This document shows, piece by piece, positions 42,684-53,650 of a DNA stretch of 64,000 nucleotides. The notes beneath the pieces were generated by a model, which saw only the letters and a program-made list of their open reading frames with translations, was not told where the DNA came from and made no database searches. Each line of letters opens with the position of its first letter. The stretch's first letter is position 1. A program made the translations under genes and the position numbers. This DNA comes from Epiperipatus broadwayi (taxonomy: Eukaryota; Animalia; Onychophora): positions 8,556,001-8,620,000 of the forward strand of contig JAQFVV010000008.1 of assembly GCA_028023455.1 (NCBI GenBank), given 5' to 3'.

Positions 42684-43023
42684 GTATGTAATTACTTTTA
42701 TATATATATTATAAATTATAATATTTTCTATTTACTGAAACAAATAAATATGCTATAGAATAATAAATTATTATATTTTCCATGTACTGAAAGAAATAAA
42801 TATGCTATAGAATAATAAATTATAATATTTTCAAATAAATATGTTGTAGAATGGAAAAAAGTTGGGGACTGGGGTATCTGTCACTGCGTGAGCTAATGCA
42901 TTTTTTGGCATGATTATAAATATGAATAGTGAATCACGCATGACCAAGTTTGAATTTATGGATGAATTATTGCATCAGTGCTAAAGTTATGACCCTCAAT
43001 TGATTTGTGTCAATTTTAGGCAA

Positions 43024-43424
43024 GTAATATAGGATATTGTATAGATTTTCTGGTTTCCTCAATCTATCCACTTATTGTTACAGTGCCATGTATTTGAACT
43101 CGGCCTTTCTTCATATTTTTTATGCAAAATAATAAATATATTTATATACAAGTTCATGCTACACAACTGGAATTTCATGTAATGTAGGATATTTTATACA
43201 CACTTTCTGGCTTCATCAATCCATCCACTCTGTATTATAGTACCATGTATTTGAACTCAGCCTTTCTTCATATCTTTTATGCAAAATAATAAATATATTT
43301 ATATACAAGTTTATGCTACACAACTGGAATTTCATGTAATATAGGATATTTTATACACAGTTTCTGGCTTCATCAATCCATCCACTCTGTGTTATAGTGC
43401 CATGTATTTGAACTCAGCCTTTCT
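43024..43424. repeat. 157-bp tandem repeat, about 2.5 copies
   Basis: ccatgtatttgaactc recurs at about 43086, 43243 and 43400, with near-identical intervening sequence. Confidence 0.95.
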
Positions 43425-43576
43425 TTCACACATGTAATCATTGTTAATAATAATAAAAAATTATTTTTATTGATTTATTTTTATTCATTTTATTTTTTAT
43501 GAGTTTATTTATTTATTTTTGAATTACACTGTTCTATTACTTTTTTCTCCACTAAAAACCATTCATATTGTTATAG

Positions 43577-43673
43577 GTACTTTTGAACAAATGGACACAT
43601 CTGGCTCTAGAAGAAAAATGGACCACAGCAAGGCCACTGTTTTAGTAATTTTCTCAGTGAAAAATTACCTCAG
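43577..43673 (+). other. Candidate 97-nt exon (5' UTR or first coding exon)
   Basis: Acceptor ttgttatag, donor CAG|GTAAGA. One frame is open throughout (GTFEQMDTSGSRRKMDHSKATVLVIFSVKNYL). Confidence 0.45.
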
Positions 43674-46148
43674 GTAAGACTTCCAATACATCTTTTTTTT
43701 TTTAAATTTTGTGACGGATGTGATGAAGCTGTTTATGAAATTGTCATTTTATCATTTGAATTTCAAAATTTAGGATTTGTGAATCAGTGTAAAAATAAAC
43801 ATTCTTAAAACTATTAAAAATATATATATTTTTAACTTTTTCTTTATGAAATGATTATTTTAACAGCTTCATTACATTCTTTCATATATGACCTTACTTT
43901 TACAGCATGGTTTTTTTATATTTATTACGTTCAAACACAAAATATCTAAGTTATTAGAGTTAGGGTAAATTTTTCTAAAAATTAAAAATGGCCGCCTGAA
44001 ATTCAAAGGGATATACATCATTTGCTTTTATAGCAACCATTTACTTATCACATGCATTTATGAAAGTACACGGTAAATTTGAACATTTAAATTTCATTTA
44101 TAACAACCTGAGTACAAAGCTGATGATAATAGCAATTCTACAGAACTTTAAAAAAATACTTTTATTTATATGAGAAAATAAAAATAATTGCTTTATTTAT
44201 CAAAAAAAAAAAAAAAACGTTTTAGTAAAGTATAATTGTTATGTCAGAAAATTATGGGGAAAAAATGTTTTAGTGAAGTATAATTGTTATGTCAGAAAGC
44301 ATTAAAACTATACTTTTACCCTGGTTAGCAATAGGTGTTTATTTGAGGATTGACCATAACAATCATCATCAATTTGTACTCACTATTTCGATTTACAATC
44401 GATTATTAACTACGATCTTTAAAAAATTTTTTTTGAGACTTTTTTATCCCCACCCCCCCAATGGCAATTATTTTGTTAGATTGATGATATCATAAAATGG
44501 TAAATGATTTCATTAAAGCTATATCTCCCAAATTGTTGATGCTAAACATGCATTGTGCAGTACAAAGCTTATTCATAACACAGTATTCTTTTGATTATAG
44601 AATTAAAATATGATTGTTTTTGATTGATTTTTATCCAATATTCTTGTAATACAATCAGTGTTTTCATTTATGATATATCCAAAATAAAGATTTTTATAAT
44701 TATTGACTACAAAAACAAAAAATGCCAACTTCATTCAATAAAGTAAGTAATCCAACATACTTTACAGATATAACAACAAAGTCTAATAATATTAAATTTT
44801 AAAATGTGTACATTAAGTAGTAGATATTCATTTAATCAATTTATGGATTAAAATTCCCATGAATATTACTTTTCTTGCTGCAAAAAATATCTTAATTGCA
44901 CTTGAAAATTCAATCATTGTAAATGTGAATTATTTTGAGGGAAAAAAGTGATTTCATGCATTATGTAATTAATAATTAACTTCATATAATCAAATGTTAT
45001 TAATACATAAACTTAAAATATTTATTTGATCAATTTAAAACAATAAGCTCATAATTTGTTTCCAGAAACTATATAAAAAAAGATTTAATCATTTATATTA
45101 TTAAAATTTCAGTAATCAACCATAAATTAATTTCTTTATCAAATTTTTATTTAATTTCATCGCATTTATATAAAATAAATTTGTGTTTTCTTTGTTTTAA
45201 AAAAATTAACAGTTTTGCAAAAAAATTCTGTTTTATAGGTTAGATATTAAAAAATAATTTTTTTTATAATAAAACATAAACTGCATCAAAAATAATTTTT
45301 AAAATATACATTGTGTTATTATTATTATTTTCATTTATATTTTAATTTAACAAATTATCAGTAAGGAAATATTCTCTATTATAAGGTGTACCCTTATATC
45401 CTTCCAATACCAATTACACATCTTGTGGCGTAATTCGAATCCAAGACTTAGGATAGTAACATTTTTTATTAATCACTATATTAATAAAAATAAAGCACTA
45501 TAATTGACGAACTATTAATTGTGATACACACTTAAATCCCAACTTAATCATAGTATAAATACGTAGTCAAATTATAAAATATATACATGACAACTAACCT
45601 TTAATAATTATTATCTTGTTAAGTGTGTAACTCTGACACACTATAACAATACATGAGAAATATAATCAGATAAAGTAAACCAAGCAAGAAATAAAAATTT
45701 GTGTTAAAAAAATAAATAAAAATTTTATTATTAACACATTAACTATATATAATAATCACGGATAATGATGTCAACAATGGACCTAAATGATAATCAGTAA
45801 CTTGCTATTTTTTCAACAAGAAGCTTCTCAAAAAGGGAGATAAAATTTCTCATCGGCTGAATAACCTGCAACAATTTAATCAAATAATTCAAATTTGCAA
45901 TTCGAATAGAAACTCCAGCTACCTTTGAGTTGAAATAATATTAAAAACCAATATCTGAATATTCGAGAAAAGCAAGGACAAGCACATAGAATTAAAACTA
46001 GCCAGCTGAGGAATTTGAAACTGAAATCTTCGAAATTAAACAATCCAAAACAAAGCAAAACCCTCCATATAGTAGTGCCATCTTGTGCTAACAAGAGCAA
46101 TCAATGAATGCCAGAAGGCTTATGCATAAAATCCCTATCTAGTGCCTA

Positions 46149-46215
46149 CTCATCCAATATCCCCAGACTAGTTTCTGGCTTGTGGCCTTCATCAGTGAGG
46201 AGCCTTGGATCTGAG
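46149..46215 (-). ncRNA. Type I hammerhead motif with extended bulged stem I and GUC site
   Basis: CTC-ag-ATCCAA-ggct-CCTCA CTGATGA a GGC-CACAA-GCC a GAAA CTAG TC TGGGG-ata-TTGGAT-GAG. Stem III is the palindrome ACTAGT. Confidence 0.8.
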
Positions 46216-46217
46216 AG

Positions 46218-46254
46218 CACTGATGAAGGCCACAAGCCAGAAACTAGTCTGGGG
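46218..46254 (+). ncRNA. Second hammerhead copy, 5' strand of stem I truncated by the inversion junction
   Basis: CA CTGATGA AGGCCACAAGCCA GAAA CTAG TC TGGGG, identical to the minus-strand copy. Confidence 0.7.
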
Positions 46255-47098
46255 ATATTGGATGAGCAGGCATTAGATAGGGATTTTATGCACAAGCCTT
46301 CTGGCATCCATTGATTGCTCTTGTTAGCACAAGATAGCACTACTATATGGAGAGTTTTGCTTTGTTTTGGATTGTTTAATAACAATTATTGTGCTAGTAT
46401 GAGATAGTGATCATGTGATCTTCGAAATTAAATTTGGATTATTGGAATTTCCAAAGTGTCTCTAATTCTAAATCATAAATTGAAGTATCTAGACTTGAGG
46501 ATACCTAATAGTATAAGAAATATTGCTCTTAATTCATTCAAAATAATTTAGTAAAAAAAAAGAGAATAATATAGACAAATATGCATTGCTAAGTGCAAAA
46601 ATGACATCGGAGAAAGAAATTCATCGCTCATGATGATATGATTGTCAGAACTGGGAGAAAATTGACCAAGCATTTAACATCTGTGTCATGAAACATCAAG
46701 TTTATTATTAAGAAATGGATAGGACAACTTCACACTTCAAATCAAAAGTTCCAAGGATACAAAGGATAAGTGATTTAATGGATGTTCTAGAACACTCACA
46801 ATTTACCATCTATACTTAAAATGGATTGAGAATTAACCAGAATAATTCACTAAGACATTTTTTCTTATGAACTTTAAAACTAAATTTAGGTTGATTTCAT
46901 GAACTTTATTGGTTGTTTTCTCATCCCTGGTGTTTGCCACAGGATGGCGTTGATGCTAATCAAAAACATATACATATAACGATTCCGGGCCGGACCTAAA
47001 TGATCGATTTGATATAAAAAGATCTGATTTTTTAGATTTGTAATAAAATATTCTACTAACTAATACTATTATATGATGTTAGTTTTTTCATTTTTGTA

Positions 47099-48292
47099 AA
47101 TGTTTATTAATCTTACCTTGTTTTTGAGTTTGTGTGTGTTTTTAAAGTTACGGTGTTTTTCTAATTTCTTTTTTTGACTTTACATGTGTCTTTTTAAAGT
47201 TACAGTCTTTTTTTTTGCAAGAATAAATCAATAATTTTATTCAAAAGCAAGACGTAATAAGTAAATGTTTATTAATCTTATCTTGTTTTTGAGTTTGTGT
47301 GCGTGTCTTTAAAGTTACGAGGCTTTTTCAATTTTTTTTTTTGGACTTTAGGTGTGTCTTTTTAAAGTTACGGTATTTTTTTTGCAAGAGTAAATCAATA
47401 ATTTGATTCAAAAGCAAGACATAATAAGTCAATGTTTATTAACCCTTTTCCCGCCTCTTACGAGGCACCTCGTAGACATCTGACATCACTCTAACTCTGC
47501 AAGTTTTTATACGAAAATATTCATTCAATATGTTTTTAAATAGATTTTTAAAAGCTCTATAAGATGGTGCCCTCTTCCGAATTCTTTTACAAGTAAAAAA
47601 TAAAAAAAACTGCATTTAAAGCTAAACAAAGAAAGAAGCTTATTGGTGATTGGCTCTCAGCCAGTTCTCAGCCGACAAAGACATTCTGATTGGCTGGAAA
47701 AAACAAAGAAACCGCCTGATCAAAGAAAATAAAGATAAACACTGAGATTTTCATTTCGAATGTGATTTAAGTATTAAAAAAAGGATAATTTGACAAATTA
47801 AAAATAATTTTTAAAAAATAAACTAAAAAAACAAAATTATTTTCGAAAAATATCGAAGATTTTTGTAAAAATATTGAAGCTGTAGTAAAAAGAAATATTT
47901 ACTTTTCTATAACGTAAAAGTCGATCTTTTTGTTTATATTATAGCTTTTATGTTGCCGAAATTGAATATTTTAGAATAAATAAATAGCAATTTATTTTTG
48001 AAAGAACTTTCGTTCTCTTCATAACCTGAAAAATTAATAATATACTTTTTATAAACGTATCTGAGTTGAATTTAATATTATAGGCGAATATGTTTTAACA
48101 ATAGGCTTTGTCTTCAGTTTGTGAGTTGGCCAATTAAGAGATTTGATTTTTATCTCATACAACCAATAATAAAATTAGCGGTTAAAAGGTTAATCTTAGA
48201 TTGTTTTTGAGTTTGTGTGTGTGTGTCTTTAAAGTTACGGTATTTTTGGTCAAGAGTAAATCAATCATTTTATTAAAAAAGCAAGACGTAAT
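47099..48292. repeat. Tandem array of about 165-bp units, third unit split by a TTAA insertion
   Basis: aatgtttattaatctta..ttgtttttgagtttgtgtg...aaagcaagacgtaat units start at 47099, 47264 and 47431; the third resumes at 48194. Confidence 0.9.
47443..48189. mobile_element. Non-autonomous piggyBac-like element (747 bp)
   Basis: TTAA is duplicated at 47439-47442 and 48190-48193. Ends CCCTTTTCCCGC and GCGGTTAAAAGG are imperfect TIRs. The empty site is shown by the neighbouring repeat units. Confidence 0.85.
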
Positions 48293-48339
48293 TCTAAATC
48301 TATCAAAAGTAACGTCATTTATATACTACAATTTAGAAT

Positions 48340-48850
48340 TGATACCCGACTACTATTAGTAAGGACCGTCATTGAAAGACTCAATTGAAAAATGATACCC
48401 GACTAATTTCCGTTTTCTTTTTTTTTGGGGGAGACAGTAATGAATCAGAAAGTGGGTTGTTTTTGTTAACTCTGTCTATATAAAAAGGGTACCATTATTG
48501 AAATACTATATTTAAAAATGATAGTCAACTAATTTGCGTTTCTTTTGACAGTAATTAATCAGAAAGTGGGTTTCTTTTTTTTTTTTTGGTAAATCTTGTG
48601 TATATATAAAAACAAACAAACCGTAATTCAAATACTCCATTGAAAAAAATCAAAGCCTGTTGAATTTGCCTTTTTTTTTTTTTAAAGACAGTAATTAATC
48701 AGGAACTGGGTTGTTTTTGTTAGTGTGTAGATATAAAAACTAATAAATGTAACAAAAAAAAAATAATAATACCCGACTAATTTTATTTTTTGGACAAGTA
48801 ATTACTAATAATTAGACAGTGGGTTGTTTTTGTTTGTGCGTGTATATATA
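48340..48850. repeat. Diverged tandem array, unit about 115-140 bp, 4 copies
   Basis: gacagtaat(t/g)aatcag.aa.tgggtt..ttttt at about 48433, 48547, 48687 and partly 48813, with a recurrent tacccgacta. Confidence 0.8.
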
Positions 48851-51800
48851 GCAAAAGTAACTGGTAACGGACGAATTCTCGCGAAAACGGGTATTTTTCG
48901 CATGATCCTTCAAATTTTTTTCTCTTCTGCACCCTTAAAAGCAATTTTTGACGGTTATACATTCGTAATGGAATCTTCAGGACATTTACAATAGTAAAGT
49001 AAGTTACAACACATTAAAAAAAATAGACGTCTTATCAAATTTTAAAAAACTACGACTGCTTCAAATACACACACTCTCACACGAAACTACAGAGAAAATA
49101 GATATTCTACTATTACAAGAAAATGATGAACAAAATCAACTACTACTGCAGCCAATCAAGGCATTTCTTTCTCTTTGCTTTTAGCATAGAGAAAAAAGCC
49201 ATAACCGGCAGCCGCCGGGAACTCTTTCTGTGTTTTATCATAGAAAGAAGTCTCTTTGTGTTGGCTTCTGTCGTCGCCAACCGCCTCCATCCAATATAAC
49301 ATGAGGACTCTTTTCTGCATTTATAACATAGAAAAATACCTCTTTTGTTGGGTGAAGGCCGGTAAAACAGTATATTTCTAGGAATTGACCTAAAAATAGC
49401 GACATCTCGAGGCGAACACCAGGAATGAGAAAACAACCAATTTACCATCTATACCTAAAATGGATTGAGAAGTAACCAGAATAATTCACTAAGACATTTT
49501 TTCTTATGAACTTTAAAGCTAAATTTAGGTTGATTTCATGAACTTTATTTATTTGTATATTTTGTAAAAATGTTTTTTTTTCATATTTTTCCTTTAACAT
49601 GAATACAAAAGGGAAAAAAAAGTGTTAATACATAACATAATGAAGAAATATTATTGCCATTATTGTAAGTAAAATAAAATATATGACGAGCACTTGCTTG
49701 TGTACAAATCCGATCGTCATCAAATGGGAAAGATAAGACTTTACCTAAAACATATTTATTCCAAACATTTGTACCACTGCATCGTGTATATTTTTCTTTG
49801 TTTGTTTATATTAATATTAGTGTTAGATGTTTTCGGTATACTTGATAACCATTTCTATCATAAATGGTCTTTCTTGTCTGTATCTTAACTACAGTATATA
49901 ACAGGGGGATCCCATATCATCATTATGACAGATAGGAAATTAATAAATCAAGTTAGTGAAAATAAAATAAATTATGATTTCCCAATAACAATATAGTAAG
50001 CAAGGATGATTGAGACAATCATAAACATAATATAAATTTTATTTATGTTGACATGGACATCAAATGGCTATTCTTTAGAGGGGGTAAAGGTTTGTAATAA
50101 TGATTAGAAATAATTACAAGCAAAGTGTAACCATAGATGTCGAATTAAATGTTTTATAGTTTATTATAAATTTTCTTTATTAAAAATGTCGCCTACTATA
50201 AAAATAGTTGTTAAATATATGCAAGTGTTTAAATTAAAGACTCTCAATGCAATTTTCTAACAATTGGTCATATCTTCTCACATATTTATAAATATTTTTG
50301 CACATTTACATATATTTTTATATATTCACACCTACCATTAAACACCTACACATGTTTATGCCTACCCATATTTTAAGTGATATTAATATACTCTGAACTA
50401 GATCAAGCAGATTTTCCATCAGTTTAAAACTAGAGAATAATGGAAACAAAAGAGGGTAAGGACAAGTTGAATTTAAATATATAGTTTGATATTTATTTGA
50501 TCACTAACCATTCCTCTCCTAAAAATGAAATTAAAGTGTAAGGGTATATAGGTGCAAGGATCAGTGATAGACTCTTTTATTCATTGTGGTGACCTAGCTA
50601 ATCTATTTTCATATCACGTAAAATCCCATTCTGTCAGACTATGTAAAAAGCAAAATGGTGGACCATTAATAAAAAAATTATAATTTTTTTTAAAATTATA
50701 GCTATCAAAATGTTTTTATATGGTATATTTACCCACAGGTTGGTACTTTTTTTAAAAATAATATGTTTAGTAAAATATTTATTCATTAATTAAAACGTCT
50801 AATTTAAGCTTTATTTTTTTATGTTTTGAATTAAATTTTCTCCCATATAAATTCAATATAATTCCTTATTTTTTATATGAGATCTTTGATTTATAATGCA
50901 TTTGGGGCACCAGTTATCTTCGCTAACTAGGGTAAAAGTGTGAAGAAATCAATTAAGAATCCAAGTCTGTTACTGCAATTAAGAGATGATTGTATAGATT
51001 TAGAAATATGTGTGAACTTTTAAGTTCTTTTGGCTTAATTTTAAGCAAAGGAAAATTTCTAACAACTTATCTTGAGACTATTTTAAATAATAATTTAATT
51101 ATTCAATTGTTAATGTAAATGCTATTGCTACAATCACAAAAAGTCACAAGAAAATAGCTGCTTCCATCAGCACTGCAAGAGTGTATGGAATTTATAAATT
51201 CAACATTAAATAAGCACTGTAAAAATTTCCATTTTATCATTATCATTAATTTCATTCCAGGTTGTAATGAAAAAAATATTAAGTTTATTTATTTCTGAAA
51301 AAGTGCCACTGAAATGACATATCCACTCACATATACATGTAGATTTGAATATGGCTCATAATAAATAAATATACTTTCTAAATCCTATTGACTTTTTCAT
51401 AAATATATTATTATAATTTTTTAATCATGTTTGTTAAAATCTTAAAGTGTGCAATGTTTTTGGTATATTGCAAAAACTTGAAGTAAATGATGTGGATATT
51501 GCACTCAAAATGTATACTACAATTTTTTAATTTTTTGTAAAAGTTTATTTAGTTGAGTAAATTTTTTTTACATTAAGCATGACATTTTTTTTATTATTGT
51601 TTAATTCAAAATTAATGAGTATAATTTATTTTTTTCTCCTTCTGTTATAAAGGTTACTTTAAAAAAAAATTTTTTTTTTAATGTTGTGCATTTAAAACCA
51701 AAAGTTTTAATTGCTAATCTTTATATCTTTTTCTATTTTTAATAAAAATGTACACATTTATTTATTTATGAGAAGTACTGACTACTGTACTAAATATTTA

Positions 51801-53117
51801 TAATTTTTTACATTAAGAATGCATTAATTACTTTTTAAATAAATTTTAATTACTTTCAGGAAAAATATATATATTTTCTCATTCAGCACTAACTTTACAT
51901 AAAGCTTAATTAGTCTGTATTTCATAAGTTTATATTAGAATAACTTTTGATAAATCAAATGAAAATTATGTAAATTAAAATTACTTATATATAGAGTTAT
52001 TAATAGATAAATTGAAATTCATCTAAATATCAAAATAAGATAAAAAAAAAATGTAAATGGCTAATTAATCACATTTGAAAGATATAGACTATTTTAAAGA
52101 TAAGAAAATGAACCATTAAAAAAAAAAAATTTAAGTTAAAAATGAATCAGAAAATTTTATGAAAAAAATTTTACTTTAAGATTATTTGAGTTTCCCCACT
52201 TCCCCTTCCATTCCACCTTTATTTACAAATAGTATTAATTTGTCAATTTAGAATTTTAATCCAGGTAAAACTTTGATTTTTTTTTTCAGGTAGCAGGAAA
52301 TTTTAAATAAGAGAGCTTAGCATTTTTTTCAGGTATTCAGATCATAGTCAAACCAGATAGCCATTCAATTATTAGTTAATAAATGGATATCTAATGCTAT
52401 TAGTTAAAGGATAAAACAAAGTAAAAAAAGGTTTAAACCCTCACCATCTGCTAGTAGAGAAACTTGGAGAGTAAAGACTTCTCCTTTATTATTTCGTTGG
52501 GGAGAAGTGTTGAAATAAATTTTACCTGCAAAATCTATTTATGGATTCTTCAACTATAAATAACACCATTAATCATATGCTTAAACACACTGTAGATCCC
52601 AGTGAATAAATATGAAATTTTATAAACTTTATTATTGTTAAAATCTTTATATTTTTGCATGTATAAATACTGCATTCAAATCCAATGGTTTGATATGCTA
52701 TTTATTATTTATAACTATCCTGGAATTTTTAAACTTCAAAACAGTTCAGCTATTTTAAAAAAAAAACAAAAACCAAACAGCTAATCACTCTGGATTAAAA
52801 AATTATTACTACAGTTAAGCATAAAGCACTGCTCTTCAATTTTCAATATGTGTGGATTTAATTATAGCAATAATGAGAATAAATGTAGCATTAATTTTTC
52901 TTCCATTATTTTTTGAGAGGTTAGAGGAAATAAACTGAGAAAAGACATTTTATAAGATATTAGGCATTATAAGGAGTTAGACTATTCTGAAATATCATCC
53001 ACAATGAAAAAAGAAAAGATTAAAAATAAATTTATATATTAAGATAAAGAATGGAAGAGGTAAAAAGAATGAATACATATTAGAAAAAAATAAATACTGC
53101 AATTTAGCAAGCACTGC

Positions 53118-53650
53118 CATATAATCAATAACTCTAAGGACAAAATCGAATCTTCTCAGACCCCCCATGTCGTTTACAGCATATCATGCCCACAACCCGG
53201 TTGCCAGCCATTTATTTTGGGGAAACCAAAGCAGGCATAATCAACAGGACAGCACAGCATAGATACACCTATAATAGAGCAAAGAAAAATAACGATAACT
53301 CATCAACATTCTTAGAACATTTCAAGAAGACAGGACATGTATTTGAACCCTCCAGCCCCAAAATAGTCTGCATTGAGGAAAACGACATCAAGCGGAAAAT
53401 CAAAGAAGCATACTTCATTAATGGCAATAATAATTCTATCAATAGATGGGACCCCTGCTTTGACATCTCCAAACGTTGGACTATCTAGTTCATTTGCATA
53501 TGTTTTGCATATCGCTTTGTTTCCTTGCCCTATTTCCTCGTTCTGCATCTCGCATCACCGCTATAAATATGAGGCAAATGGCCTCGAAAGCGCTTAGCGT
53601 ATAATAATTTGTGGAATCTTTATAGCTTATCGTTTAACTGTTTCATACGC
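53118..53650 (+). mobile_element. 5'-truncated PLE fragment (GIY-YIG plus 3' terminus), related to the 39.1-40.2 kb element
   Basis: IINNSKDKIESSQTPHVVYSISCPQPGC/(fs)AIYFGETKAGIINRTAQHRYTYNRAKKNNDNSSTFLEH...KRKIKEAYFI...INR aligns with ORF 39325-39645. Confidence 0.9.
53559..53599 (+). ncRNA. Minimal hammerhead-like motif with A3/U8 core, G5 replaced by A
   Basis: CGCT ATAAATAT GAGGC-AAATG-GCCTC GAAA GCGC TT AGCG. Confidence 0.6.

Larger units (their letters stand above)
46041..46417. mobile_element. Palindromic non-coding insertion with two divergent hammerhead motifs and a 15-bp TSD
   Basis: Arms 46035-46197 and 46218-46380 are reverse complements with 6 substitutions in 163 bp. ATCTTCGAAATTAAA is repeated at 46026-46040 and 46418-46432. 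Confidence 0.9.
46911..49438. mobile_element. Unclassified element with about 40-bp terminal inverted repeats and internal tandem arrays, flanked by a 112-bp direct duplication
   Basis: ggttgttttctcatccctggtgtttgcc (46911-) mirrors ggcgaacaccaggaatgagaaaacaacc (-49438). 46799-46910 is about equal to 49438-49549 (3 substitutions seen). Confidence 0.7.

Noticed and set aside
43195-43225. Minus-strand TGATGAAGCCAGAAA in the 157-bp tandem repeat, resembling the 46-kb hammerhead without stem II
   Set aside because: Flanks are not homologous, C3 and the cleavage triplet are absent, and a short match can be chance.
46108-46385. Two overlapping ORFs on opposite strands with similar peptides
   Set aside because: A by-product of the DNA palindrome.
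47099-48850. Regularly spaced repeats considered as a CRISPR-like array
   Set aside because: Units are long, homologous throughout and lack unique spacers; the context is eukaryotic with no cas genes.
49143-49448. 101-aa minus-strand ORF with C-x2-C
   Set aside because: Its start lies in the duplicated flank across the element junction, and no family was recognised.
49680-49900. Minus-strand TIYDRNGYQVYRK, resembling the Helitron DGYPxYRRR motif
   Set aside because: A single weak motif with no other Rep or helicase motifs and no Helitron termini.
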